Shown piece after piece: positions 28,804 to 38,009 of a stretch of 64,000 bases of DNA (position 1 is its first letter; each line of letters begins with the position of its first letter). The notes beneath the pieces are model-generated. The model saw nothing but the letters and a program-made list of their open reading frames with translations. It was not told the origin of the DNA and made no database searches. Origin of the DNA: Candidatus Thorarchaeota archaeon (lineage in GTDB: Archaea > Asgardarchaeota > Thorarchaeia > Thorarchaeales > Thorarchaeaceae); contig JBHIAE010000010.1 of the NCBI GenBank assembly GCA_046758445.1, positions 8,686 through 72,685 on the forward strand, written 5' to 3'. Position numbers and translations under genes: made by a program.

Positions 28804-30603
28804 TTGGCTGAGAATAATGAACACAAAACGGTCATCGTTGACTTGGAGGAAGCCGAAAGGGCCGAAGTAGGCGGGCTCAGCAAACTTGAGCGCGCTGAGG
28901 CTAGTGGCGTCCTGAGCGTCAACAATGTTTCAGAAAGATCCCGCATTTGGAATGTCCGAGTACTATTGCCTGGAGGCTCCAAAGGTACTAGCATAACCGA
29001 GGATAGTTTCGCTGCAGGAGAGATTGATGCGGGCGCCAAATGGGAAACCGAGTATGATATTGAAGTAAAGAAACCGATTCTGACTCTTACTGAAACGTAT
29101 GACACGTGCGGAACTGTCGATACCACAGAGCCACACTGGGCCTATGTGTATGGCAAGGAGAATCCTGTGAGGATAACTATCAAGGTCAAGAACGAAACAA
29201 ATGGAGAGATTGACAACATCGTCATCAACAAGATAATACCCCCGGAACTCGAGATGTTGAACATCGAGAATGCCAGTTCTGGCTCGGCAGAGATTGATGA
29301 GGATACAAAGACAGTCATCTGGAGGGACTTCGTTGTCTATCCAAAGGAAGAGGCGACGATTCTCATATCTGCCATTGGGACCGTTGAAGACACAGACATC
29401 AAGAGTGCCGGTCAGATTGTCGCTACATATCGGGGCGAGGGACAGCAAATATCCGTCCTTAAACCTGATATGACGGCTCTGTCTGAGTTCTTGACAGGAA
29501 TAGAAACTGCTGAAACCGAACCGAATCAGTGGGAATGTACCCTAGAGTGCTCCAATGAGAGCGATCTGATGGTTCGACTTGACAAGGCGGAAGTCTATTT
29601 GATTCCCGAGGACGGCAGCGACAAACAAAAGATGATTGATGAAACTCCAAAGCTGGAGATGTCACCGAGCCAGGAGTGGAGCTCGACTTTCGAGATTGAG
29701 AGCAAGTCACCTCCAAAATGCACTCAGGAGGTAGTCTACACTCCCATGAGGACCATCAACAAGAGAGTGCTCGGCACGATAGAGAAGACTCCTCAAGAGG
29801 TTCCAGTGATTCAAATTGACTATAGGAAGGAGTTCGATCCGCCGGAGGTAAACAGCTTCGACAAGACTCCTGTTGAAGTGACAATTGAGGTAAAGAACAC
29901 TGGCACCGCTCGAATTAACGAATTCATCATTGAAGACAACCTTCCTGACGATGTGATGCCACCACAGGCCGAACATGTCAAAGTCTGGGTCAGAGGCAAG
30001 GAGTACGCTGAAGAACTTGAGGTGAAAATCGATCCTGATGATCAGAATCCCGAAGTGCCGCACAAGATTACCTTCAGAATCCCAAATCTAAAGGACTCTG
30101 GAGATGAGCTCGAGCCAGGAGACAGCGTGATGGTCAACTATGCCATCATGGCTTGGAGGAGTCGACCTGAGAAGGAATATCCTTCCCCCATACGTTGCTT
30201 AGCGAACACCTATCCTCCTGGACTACCTGTCGAGAGCGCCAGTGCTGAGGATGGACACAAGCTTGGCATTCTCTACAAGAAGAGAAGCATATCCGCCAAG
30301 AAGGCCATAAACAAGGGCGCAGACCCTGGTGAGTACATAGTCGTGCTGGTCATCGAGAACAAAGGAGAGGTCACTGTCGAGAATGTCGAAGTGACCGATT
30401 GGATACCCACAGGCTTCGATTATGTTTCTACTGACCCTGATGAGGAATCACCGATCGTGAGTCCTACGGCAGATGGCACGAATCTGGTCTGGAAATGGAC
30501 CAGGATGAATCCTGGTGACAAGAGAAGGGTCAACGTTACCGTCCAAGCTGGCGAAGAAGCTGGTGAGTACGAGCGACGAGAGCCTCAGACCACTTCAGAC
30601 TAG
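28804..30603 (+). CDS. Acidic multi-beta-sandwich protein (DUF11-like repeats; possible mu-homology fold)
   Basis: Repeated V-x-I-x-V-K-N..I-x-D-x-L/I-P..W motifs; no signal peptide or TM anchor. Confidence 0.55.
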   Translation: MAENNEHKTVIVDLEEAERAEVGGLSKLERAEASGVLSVNNVSERSRIWNVRVLLPGGSKGTSITEDSFAAGEIDAGAKWETEYDIEVKKPILTLTETYDTCGTVDTTEPHWAYVYGKENPVRITIKVKNETNGEIDNIVINKIIPPELEMLNIENASSGSAEIDEDTKTVIWRDFVVYPKEEATILISAIGTVEDTDIKSAGQIVATYRGEGQQISVLKPDMTALSEFLTGIETAETEPNQWECTLECSNESDLMVRLDKAEVYLIPEDGSDKQKMIDETPKLEMSPSQEWSSTFEIESKSPPKCTQEVVYTPMRTINKRVLGTIEKTPQEVPVIQIDYRKEFDPPEVNSFDKTPVEVTIEVKNTGTARINEFIIEDNLPDDVMPPQAEHVKVWVRGKEYAEELEVKIDPDDQNPEVPHKITFRIPNLKDSGDELEPGDSVMVNYAIMAWRSRPEKEYPSPIRCLANTYPPGLPVESASAEDGHKLGILYKKRSISAKKAINKGADPGEYIVVLVIENKGEVTVENVEVTDWIPTGFDYVSTDPDEESPIVSPTADGTNLVWKWTRMNPGDKRRVNVTVQAGEEAGEYERREPQTTSD

Positions 30604-30621
30604 AAACCGCCCACCCTCCCG

Positions 30622-30649
30622 CTAGGCAGGGGGCCCTCCCCTTGCCTGG
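30622..30649. terminator. GC-rich hairpin between convergent genes
   Basis: CTAGGCAGGGGG-CCCT-CCCCTTGCCTGG, followed by a T/C-rich tract on +. Confidence 0.5.
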
Positions 30650-30681
30650 TTGGTCACTTTTCTGTTCTCTTTCTCCGCAGA

Positions 30682-31785
30682 TCATCTATCTTTTGGGACT
30701 CTATATCTGTGAACTAGAAGTGTGAAGTCCTCGTGTTCCAGAGTATGACGCCACAGCTGCTTACACCCACACTCCAACCCTTCAATTGCGGCTTCCTTCT
30801 GGTCCAAGGAGAAAGAACGTATCGCATTGGTGATTACTTCGTCACAACTTCCGCAGTTGTGAGTACCACGTGGCTTTCCAGCCCCAACTGGATCGCACAC
30901 AATGTTGATTGACCGGTCAATCTCGTTCCTAGAGCTGTGAAGTACGTCAATGAGTGACCAGAGCCATGGAGGACGGTAGAGTCCTCTTGACCACATTCTC
31001 TCAACTAGTGTATGCTTCTGCACATTGACTGGATTTACAGAGATTGTTGTGACTTCCATCTTCGCTGCGTCTTCAATCGTGCCTTTCGCGTCCAACAGAG
31101 CGTCACGTTCTGTCAGGAAAGGCGGCTTGAGAAGCACATACGCTCTGACACCAATTCCATGCGACCCAGCAATCTTCACGGCACTCTCGAAGTCCTTGGT
31201 TTCAAAACCTTTGTTCACGCATAGAGTTCTGATTGCGTCGTTACTACTCTCAAGACCGATGCCAATCTCAACTTGGCACTCTCCCAGCATACTTCGTATA
31301 TTTGCCATTTGGTCATCTGTTACGAATTGTGGGCGGGATTCCAGCACTACTTCGCTGACTCGATCATCGCCACCAATTACCCGCAGAATCTCATCACGTG
31401 CAGGAGTCGGGACCTCTTCTGGATCGAGGAAACTACCACTTGTATACACCTTTACGGAGAGTGGACCTGTTTCTGAGTCTAGGCTCTTCGCGGCTTCATC
31501 AAACTGCTGGATGAGCTTGTCTGCTGGAACCGCTTCGTGTGATCCATCCAGAATGTAACTGCACATAGTGCAGCCTCCACTATCACCACGTGCATGGCTA
31601 CATCCAGAAGTTGCCAAGACCACAGAGAGAGTCGTGCCAATACTTGAGCCAACCCTGCTTTTGGACACCCAGCTGGCTGCTGGTCTTGACAGGTTACGTC
31701 TACGGATCCTGTCCAACGAACTGCCTCGTGCACTTAGGTTGGCGTCCGCTATTGTGCTGTGCAAAGACTCAGGGATGTGGGACAT
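30682..31785 (-). CDS. raSEA: Archaeosine biosynthesis radical SAM protein RaSEA
   Basis: GC..GGCTMCSY, TSGSFLD, ESRP, GLES, YVLLKPPFL, YRPPWLWS, RGTHNCG; abuts arcS. Confidence 0.88.
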   Translation of the reverse strand: MSHIPESLHSTIADANLSARGSSLDRIRRRNLSRPAASWVSKSRVGSSIGTTLSVVLATSGCSHARGDSGGCTMCSYILDGSHEAVPADKLIQQFDEAAKSLDSETGPLSVKVYTSGSFLDPEEVPTPARDEILRVIGGDDRVSEVVLESRPQFVTDDQMANIRSMLGECQVEIGIGLESSNDAIRTLCVNKGFETKDFESAVKIAGSHGIGVRAYVLLKPPFLTERDALLDAKGTIEDAAKMEVTTISVNPVNVQKHTLVERMWSRGLYRPPWLWSLIDVLHSSRNEIDRSINIVCDPVGAGKPRGTHNCGSCDEVITNAIRSFSLDQKEAAIEGLECGCKQLWRHTLEHEDFTLLVHRYRVPKDR

Positions 31786-33729
31786 CTACTTTCCACGCTC
31801 CACCTTGTGCCGTAGAGTCACCGCTCGGCCTTTGTCAAGTTCACACATCTCTAGGCCCGACATCTCACTTCTGCCAACGGCGGCAACTTGACCGCTCGAG
31901 TCAAGGACAATGACTTCGTCCCCAGGACGGATTCCAGGATCGGCTTCACGAACACCGACAGCAAAGATGGACCCTCCTACAATCTCCTTCCCCTCAAAAA
32001 GAACCCAACCTTGTTTCAACGGTTCTAGCAGACGGCCCCCAGCAAGCGTGAGCGACACTGTGCCAGATTTTGACACATAGGTGCAGACCTGGTAACCGCC
32101 TACTCGGCAAGTGACTGTGTGATACAGCTTTCCGCGTAGACTTGCCCCCTGAGGAATCAGGAGATCTCCGGCTCCACGGCCAAACTGAAAGTCGGAAGAA
32201 GCACGTAGAGTGTCCTCTAGGTCAGTTCGTTGTTTGTTTGTGATGTCCAGAACCTTGGCCATGTCCTTTAGAGTGTCCTGAAGCTCTTCAAGCGAGGCTC
32301 TGCTTGTAGCTGACTCATCAGGAGTTGTGTAGATGATGCTCTGTGGTATTCCTTCCTCTGCTTTCTTGACAATGTTCATGTACCCTCCCGATACGTGCGC
32401 GACAACTACGGTTGATTCGCTGAACTTCTGCAGGTGTTCTTCAAGTGCGTGTACCGCAATCTCTGTTTCTTCTGCATCCCAATCACCAGTGACTGGTATA
32501 TCATATTGAGCAGCCGGAGGCATTCTCTCAAGCTCTCGAGGGACCACACCTAGTGGTGAAGTCAGAATTGTTTCAGCAACTCTGAAGCGCAGAGACCCAA
32601 GTGCAGACTCCACAGCCCGGAGAAAACGTTTGTGCGACTTTGAGTCCGAGTAGGGCTTTCTGGCTGAGCATGGTAGGAGCAGTACAATCTTCTTGTGTTC
32701 CGGAGGGCGATAGCGCTTGACCACTCTCTCTCGAAATCGCCTAATCATAGGCGAGTTGTATGACTCAGGACCGATCAGTGGGATGGCCCCCCTACCGGTT
32801 GTAGGAGTAAACTCTTCCAAGTAGGAGTAGAGTTCGGCATCGATTCTCCTTAGAAACGCAGCCATGGATGGACTGGCATGAGTCATGGATTCAACAAGCC
32901 ATCGCAGTTTCCCAGAGTGCATCGCTTGAGTACACTCCGACATCAGCATCTCATAGACCGCAAGATTGTGTTCAGTAAGGATCTTTGTCATTTGGCAATC
33001 AGAATCCAAGTCTGTTTCAGCAAGAGATACACATGCAGGACACGAGCACAAGCGCAGACTCTTCCATGATCCGATAATCTCGGAGTCCATGCGCCATAGT
33101 CTCATCCTTCTCGCTGCAGCCTCAAAAGCATGTCCGACGTCCAGAATATCAAAACCTAGGTAGTATAGAACAGGCATAGTGTATGGTTCTACCCTTCCGA
33201 TTGATAGCGCAAGCCAGTTGCGAGGAAGTTTCCGTCGGAGTAGTACCGATCTGAAGTCGGAAGGCCCAAGGTCGCAATTGAGTTGGAAAGCCGCTGCCTT
33301 GAGGCCGAGCTGGTCGAATCTCCTGAACGCCCTTTCAGCTGCATCAAGATCGAGAGATGATGGTACTCTAAGAATCGTCTGTGAGGGAACAACCTCTGAT
33401 TCAATCTTCTTGAGAGTCTTCTCCTGGTACTCAAGCAACTTTTCTCCGGTCTCAATCCCGAGTGATTCGCCTGCAATCATTGAGGGAAGAATCAACATGT
33501 CTTCACTGACGAGTGCTATTTCATTCTCAAATGAGAAGGGTAGAGAAAACACAACTGGATGACCGTCTGTAGCCTTGTCTCGGTTCAGAGTAGAATAACG
33601 GATTGAGAGCCTTCCGGCATGTGTCGGGCCAATGAGCGAGGGAGTAGCAATCGCCGTTTCTCCCAACCTCACAGACCCTACTCTCGCAGGGCCATCGTGA
33701 CCGCGGTCAATCAAGAACACACTCAACAA
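31786..33729 (-). CDS. arcS: Archaeosine synthase alpha subunit (TGT-like + DUF5591 + PUA)
   Basis: LLPCSARKPYSDSKSH, TSPLGVVPRELE, YDIPVTGDW, C-terminal PUA (IRPGDEV). Confidence 0.88.
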   Translation of the reverse strand: MLSVFLIDRGHDGPARVGSVRLGETAIATPSLIGPTHAGRLSIRYSTLNRDKATDGHPVVFSLPFSFENEIALVSEDMLILPSMIAGESLGIETGEKLLEYQEKTLKKIESEVVPSQTILRVPSSLDLDAAERAFRRFDQLGLKAAAFQLNCDLGPSDFRSVLLRRKLPRNWLALSIGRVEPYTMPVLYYLGFDILDVGHAFEAAARRMRLWRMDSEIIGSWKSLRLCSCPACVSLAETDLDSDCQMTKILTEHNLAVYEMLMSECTQAMHSGKLRWLVESMTHASPSMAAFLRRIDAELYSYLEEFTPTTGRGAIPLIGPESYNSPMIRRFRERVVKRYRPPEHKKIVLLLPCSARKPYSDSKSHKRFLRAVESALGSLRFRVAETILTSPLGVVPRELERMPPAAQYDIPVTGDWDAEETEIAVHALEEHLQKFSESTVVVAHVSGGYMNIVKKAEEGIPQSIIYTTPDESATSRASLEELQDTLKDMAKVLDITNKQRTDLEDTLRASSDFQFGRGAGDLLIPQGASLRGKLYHTVTCRVGGYQVCTYVSKSGTVSLTLAGGRLLEPLKQGWVLFEGKEIVGGSIFAVGVREADPGIRPGDEVIVLDSSGQVAAVGRSEMSGLEMCELDKGRAVTLRHKVERGK

Positions 33730-33744
33730 GAGTCACCTTATTTC

Positions 33745-36417
33745 CTAGACAAGAGGCTCGTATCCCGCATATCCCTTCGTATCCACGTCCGTTTCAACCT
33801 TCCCCAGAATCTGCTTGACACTGTCAAGCGCACCGAGCTTGAAGAGGGGTCTGTTATTGTTTCCACACTGATACGAATAGGTGCACAGTGGACAGCCATC
33901 AACTGTATTGCAGTCACATTTCCCAAGGATTGTTTCTGTTCTTCTGAAAGCCTCATCAAGTCTTGTGAAGAGAAGCTTGGACGCACCGTTTCCCCCTGGA
34001 CTGCCATCATATACGAAAATGATCCCAGAGTCCCCCATCGAAACACCACCAATTTCCCTTGTGCTTCCACCCGTAAGCATATCGCTGGACTCTATCACGA
34101 CATGTTCCAGAGCGTGGAATGCACCTCCATACAGGTCAGCAGGACCCAATCTAGGGCCCTTGGCGTCAGTCAGCTTTCCACCTAAGTAGTCGTTAACAAC
34201 ATTTGTAGGTCCGGGGGCTGTGAAGGCAAAGCCTCGAGTGACATACTTGTAGACCAGGGGTTCAGACAGATCAGATCTGCCGACGACTTTCCCTGTTCTG
34301 GTTTCCTTCTTCACGTATCCATACACAGTCTGTGTCATCTCTAGTGCACAGTAGACTACGTTGAGACCCAGGACCTTTCGTTCTTCGATCACCTCCAGTA
34401 ATCGAGGCATGGTAGAGTAGAGAGGGCGAGTGTGGACGCTTCGATCCTGGAAGGGGACTATGGTCGCCCTCCCAAATCCAGGTGCATAGCGGAAGTCCAC
34501 AGACATGTAGTTCTTTCCACCGTGAAGATAAATCGCCCCTGGATGGAGTTCCTGTGAGGCCATTGGCATGCACCTCTGACCAAGAGTTCGCTCTCCTGAC
34601 CTTATCTGAACTGTATCGCCAATACCACGAATGCTGTAGCCTCTCCATTTCTTCCGAGCTTGATCTGAGTCGGTGACACGAACGCTCCCATCCTCCAAGA
34701 CGGCGATTATTCCGTCCTCAGCGAGAGTGTCTAGAATTCGCCTTTGACGGGGAAACATAGAAGCATTCAGTCTTCCAGTCATGGCGGCTGCGATCAGCTG
34801 GTAGTATCCGACAACTTCATTCTCGGGCTCCATGTATGCTGAATCAATGTCAGTGAAGTACTTCTCAGGCTCGTATCTGTAGAAGGAGGATATCGGGTCT
34901 TTTTCGCGAAGAGCAAGAATGGCTACGCTCTCTTGACCCTTCCTTCCCGCCCGACCCGTCCGCTGAGTAAGGCGTGTAATTGACACAATCATGCTCACGA
35001 CGCTGTCCAAGTCGCCGATATCAATACCCAATTCAAGTGTCGGAGTTGAAACGAGAACTTGCAGTGAGCCTGACTTGAATTGTGACTCCACTTGACTTCT
35101 GTACTTCTTCGAAAGCCCGGCACGGTGCACCATCGACTTCAATCCGGCATCACCGAGAAGCATATTGAGGACTTCGGCCTCTGAGTGAGTGTTTCCAAAG
35201 ACTAAGGTCTTGAACCCTCCCTCTCGGAGCCTCCTCACAAGGTCAACAATCATAGTATACTTGCTCCGATCACCGGGATAGAACATCATGAAGTGAATCG
35301 GACCTCTCTTGGCACTTGTCGACTCGACAAGTTGTACTTTGCTGTCAAAGAGCTGGTCAGCAAACTCCTTGGGATTAGCTATAGTGGCTGATGCGCCTAT
35401 TTTCTGAAAATGCCCCGCCTCCATCTCTAGTCGCTTCAGAATGTAGTAGACATTAGAGCCCATTGATCCAGTGTAGAGATGAATCTCATCAAGGACTACG
35501 TATTTCACGGTACGCAGTAGAGGAACAAGACGGGAACCGACCCATCCTAGATGATAGTGTAGGACATCGGGATTTGTCACAAGTATGTCGGGAGGTTTCG
35601 AGTAGATCTTCGTCCTTTGGCTTTGTGACACATCTCCATCGAAGATGGCAACGCTCAGTCCAGAAGCTTCACACATCTCTACGACCTTGTCATACTGGTC
35701 GCGGGCAAGCGCCTTTGTCGGATAGATCAGTAGTGCACGGACTCCAGACTCCATGAAGGAATCCTTAATGGTAACGAGAAGTTTCCTGATTATCGGGAGG
35801 ATAAATGCCTCAGTCTTGCCCTGAGCAGTCGGAGCTGCCATGACGACATCTTCTCCCGCGAATATCAGATCGGCAGCTTGATCTTGAAACCTGTAGAGTC
35901 GTTCTATGCCCTTTCCTACGAGAAGCTCTTTCAAACGCGTCGGTATCTTGACTTCATCCATGTTTCTTCCGTATTCGGCATCGGTAGCTGGCATGTATTG
36001 ATACTTCACAAGGTAATCACGCCCGCCATCAAGGAGTGCCCGAACAGAATCACTCAGGTCTTCCAGGGCCATTCCGCCTCTGCTCGCCAGTCTGGAAACC
36101 TGTTCATTCGACTGAACTCTAGATCCGCGCGGGCGCCTTGTCCTGGAAGAAGTCCTCTGAGAGGCGGCCACAGAACTTCTGGATCTTCTTCCTCTACGGA
36201 CACTAGACGCCGAGGGTACTTGGTCTTTCAGGATGGCCTCACTGAAAGCCTCATAGGCATCAAACAGATCCTTGCCGCGGCCAGCCACCTGTAGCTCTGC
36301 GTCGCAATGAGAGCAAACCACTGTCCAGATATGGCTCCCTCTCGGACGGTTGATATGGAGTTTGGAGCCGCATTTGGGGCAGTGAAGAACAGGCATTGAT
36401 TCAACCCTTCTTGCCAC
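33745..36417 (-). CDS. DEAD/DEAH helicase with C-terminal DUF1998 (Hrq1/MrfA-like) and N-terminal Zn ribbon
   Basis: PTAQGKT, DEIH, SAT, TLELGIDIG, QRTGRAGR, HALEH, YDGSPGGNG, C-x-C..GCPLC..C. Confidence 0.88.
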   Translation of the reverse strand: MARRVESMPVLHCPKCGSKLHINRPRGSHIWTVVCSHCDAELQVAGRGKDLFDAYEAFSEAILKDQVPSASSVRRGRRSRSSVAASQRTSSRTRRPRGSRVQSNEQVSRLASRGGMALEDLSDSVRALLDGGRDYLVKYQYMPATDAEYGRNMDEVKIPTRLKELLVGKGIERLYRFQDQAADLIFAGEDVVMAAPTAQGKTEAFILPIIRKLLVTIKDSFMESGVRALLIYPTKALARDQYDKVVEMCEASGLSVAIFDGDVSQSQRTKIYSKPPDILVTNPDVLHYHLGWVGSRLVPLLRTVKYVVLDEIHLYTGSMGSNVYYILKRLEMEAGHFQKIGASATIANPKEFADQLFDSKVQLVESTSAKRGPIHFMMFYPGDRSKYTMIVDLVRRLREGGFKTLVFGNTHSEAEVLNMLLGDAGLKSMVHRAGLSKKYRSQVESQFKSGSLQVLVSTPTLELGIDIGDLDSVVSMIVSITRLTQRTGRAGRKGQESVAILALREKDPISSFYRYEPEKYFTDIDSAYMEPENEVVGYYQLIAAAMTGRLNASMFPRQRRILDTLAEDGIIAVLEDGSVRVTDSDQARKKWRGYSIRGIGDTVQIRSGERTLGQRCMPMASQELHPGAIYLHGGKNYMSVDFRYAPGFGRATIVPFQDRSVHTRPLYSTMPRLLEVIEERKVLGLNVVYCALEMTQTVYGYVKKETRTGKVVGRSDLSEPLVYKYVTRGFAFTAPGPTNVVNDYLGGKLTDAKGPRLGPADLYGGAFHALEHVVIESSDMLTGGSTREIGGVSMGDSGIIFVYDGSPGGNGASKLLFTRLDEAFRRTETILGKCDCNTVDGCPLCTYSYQCGNNNRPLFKLGALDSVKQILGKVETDVDTKGYAGYEPLV

Positions 36418-36544
36418 CTCTCAAAGGTCAACTTATCAAAGTTTGGCAGAAGGGAAAGTAGTTTCACCGCGCCATAGCAAGCTTTTTAACGATTGTGCAA
36501 GATGCTTGCACAGTCGCTCTCAATCGCAGGGAGATGAAAGTTAC

Positions 36545-36901
36545 ATGGTTGAAGAGATTAGTGCCGACCGGATAGATCAGGTCGTAAATGAGAACAAGCT
36601 CGTTTTCGTGGATTGTCATGCCGTTTGGTGTGGACCGTGCCGCACTCTATCGCCTCTTCTTGAGGAACTAGACGGCAAGTATGGAGAGAAGGGCTTCAAA
36701 GTCGTGAAGCTAGACGTCGACCAGAACAGAGACTTCAGTATGGAGAACAGAATCACTGGAGTTCCAAGTGTCTTCGTCTACAGCGAGGGCAAGCGCGTCG
36801 TTTTCGATGATGGCCGTGGAAGTAAATCAGATAGACTGATTGGAGTGATGCCTCCAGAGGTATACACTCAGATCATAGAAGAGCTCCTAGTAGAAGCATA
36901 A
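36545..36901 (+). CDS. trxA: Thioredoxin
   Basis: WCGPC, ITGVP; ATG at 36545 after GGAG. Confidence 0.88.
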   Translation: MVEEISADRIDQVVNENKLVFVDCHAVWCGPCRTLSPLLEELDGKYGEKGFKVVKLDVDQNRDFSMENRITGVPSVFVYSEGKRVVFDDGRGSKSDRLIGVMPPEVYTQIIEELLVEA

Positions 36902-37033
36902 TTAGTCAAGTGTTACACCGTACAGATTCTTCATCTGTATCATGGGAACTCGACTTCTTCTGGATTCAGGGATCTTTGCAGCAAGATTCATAGCCTCCTT
37001 CTTGACTGACGCTTCGTCTGGGAAGAGATTGCC

Positions 37034-37402
37034 TTGGTCAGAGATGTCGGCATAGACAATGTTGAACATGCAGTAATGCAGGCAAAAGTGACGCTCGTCG
37101 ATTGTTGGGCCCCGTGGTGCAGACCGTGTCTAAAACTATCGCCCATCCTAGAGGAGCTGGAAGAGAAGTATGCTGACAATCCAGATGTCGCCTTTCTGAA
37201 GATCAACGTTGAGCAACATCAAGAGTATGGTACTCGGAACAGAATCTATGCGATACCCTGTGTATTGGTGTTTTTCAATGGGGAGCCTGCGCAGTTTGAG
37301 GACCCAAACAGTAAGCAGAGTGGTAGTTTGACGGATCGGCTTGTTGGACTTAGATCGATTGAGCACTATGAATCCGTCATAGAGCAACTATTGGGCAATT
37401 GA
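37034..37402 (+). CDS. Thioredoxin (tandem paralogue)
   Basis: WAPWCRPC, IYAIP. Confidence 0.85.
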   Translation: MVRDVGIDNVEHAVMQAKVTLVDCWAPWCRPCLKLSPILEELEEKYADNPDVAFLKINVEQHQEYGTRNRIYAIPCVLVFFNGEPAQFEDPNSKQSGSLTDRLVGLRSIEHYESVIEQLLGN

Positions 37403-37484
37403 ACCCCCCGCCCCATTTCACCTGATGTTTTATATTCCTCTTCGCAACAACGGACTAGGACCAGAGTAAGTTGAGGTAGCAAGA

Positions 37485-38009
37485 ATGCCGATTCTGCCTT
37501 TTGGAGACAAGAACCCAAAGATTGACGAGAAGGCCTACATAAGCCCTCAAGCAACTATCGTTGGCGATGTCGAGATAGGCGCAGGGGTGAGTGTTTGGCC
37601 AGGCGCCGTGATAAGAGGCGACCAAGCCGCAGTTAGAATAGGTGAAAACACCTGTATTCAGGACAGTGTTGTGGTCCACGCCCACAACGAGGACAACCCA
37701 GCCATCATAGGGAATCTAAGTGTCATGGGCAGCACCTCCGTTATCCACGGCGTGTACGTTGGTGACTCCGCAAACATTGGTGAGGGATGTGTTGTCTTTG
37801 ATGGAGCAACACTTGGAGAAGGTATAATGCTTGCACCAGGAAGCATAGTCCCACCGAATATCGTCATACCTCCAAGGAGTCTGAACTCCGGAGTCCCTGC
37901 ATCTCAGATACGTGAGCTCTCTAGAGAGGAGGTTGAGAAACAGTCTGCCAGAGCGGAAACAATCGCTCAGGTGTTTCAGAAACTGAAGAGATGGCAAGGA
38001 ATACCCTAG
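37485..38009 (+). CDS. Gamma-carbonic-anhydrase-like hexapeptide repeat protein
   Basis: IVGDVEIG..SVWPGAVIRGD..IG..TCIQD..H; GVPA..R. Confidence 0.85.
   Translation: MPILPFGDKNPKIDEKAYISPQATIVGDVEIGAGVSVWPGAVIRGDQAAVRIGENTCIQDSVVVHAHNEDNPAIIGNLSVMGSTSVIHGVYVGDSANIGEGCVVFDGATLGEGIMLAPGSIVPPNIVIPPRSLNSGVPASQIRELSREEVEKQSARAETIAQVFQKLKRWQGIP

Noticed and set aside
36443-36544. N-terminal extension of the thioredoxin in the ORF track
   Set aside because: It covers the divergent promoter region; ATG 36545 with upstream GGAG gives a normal-length thioredoxin
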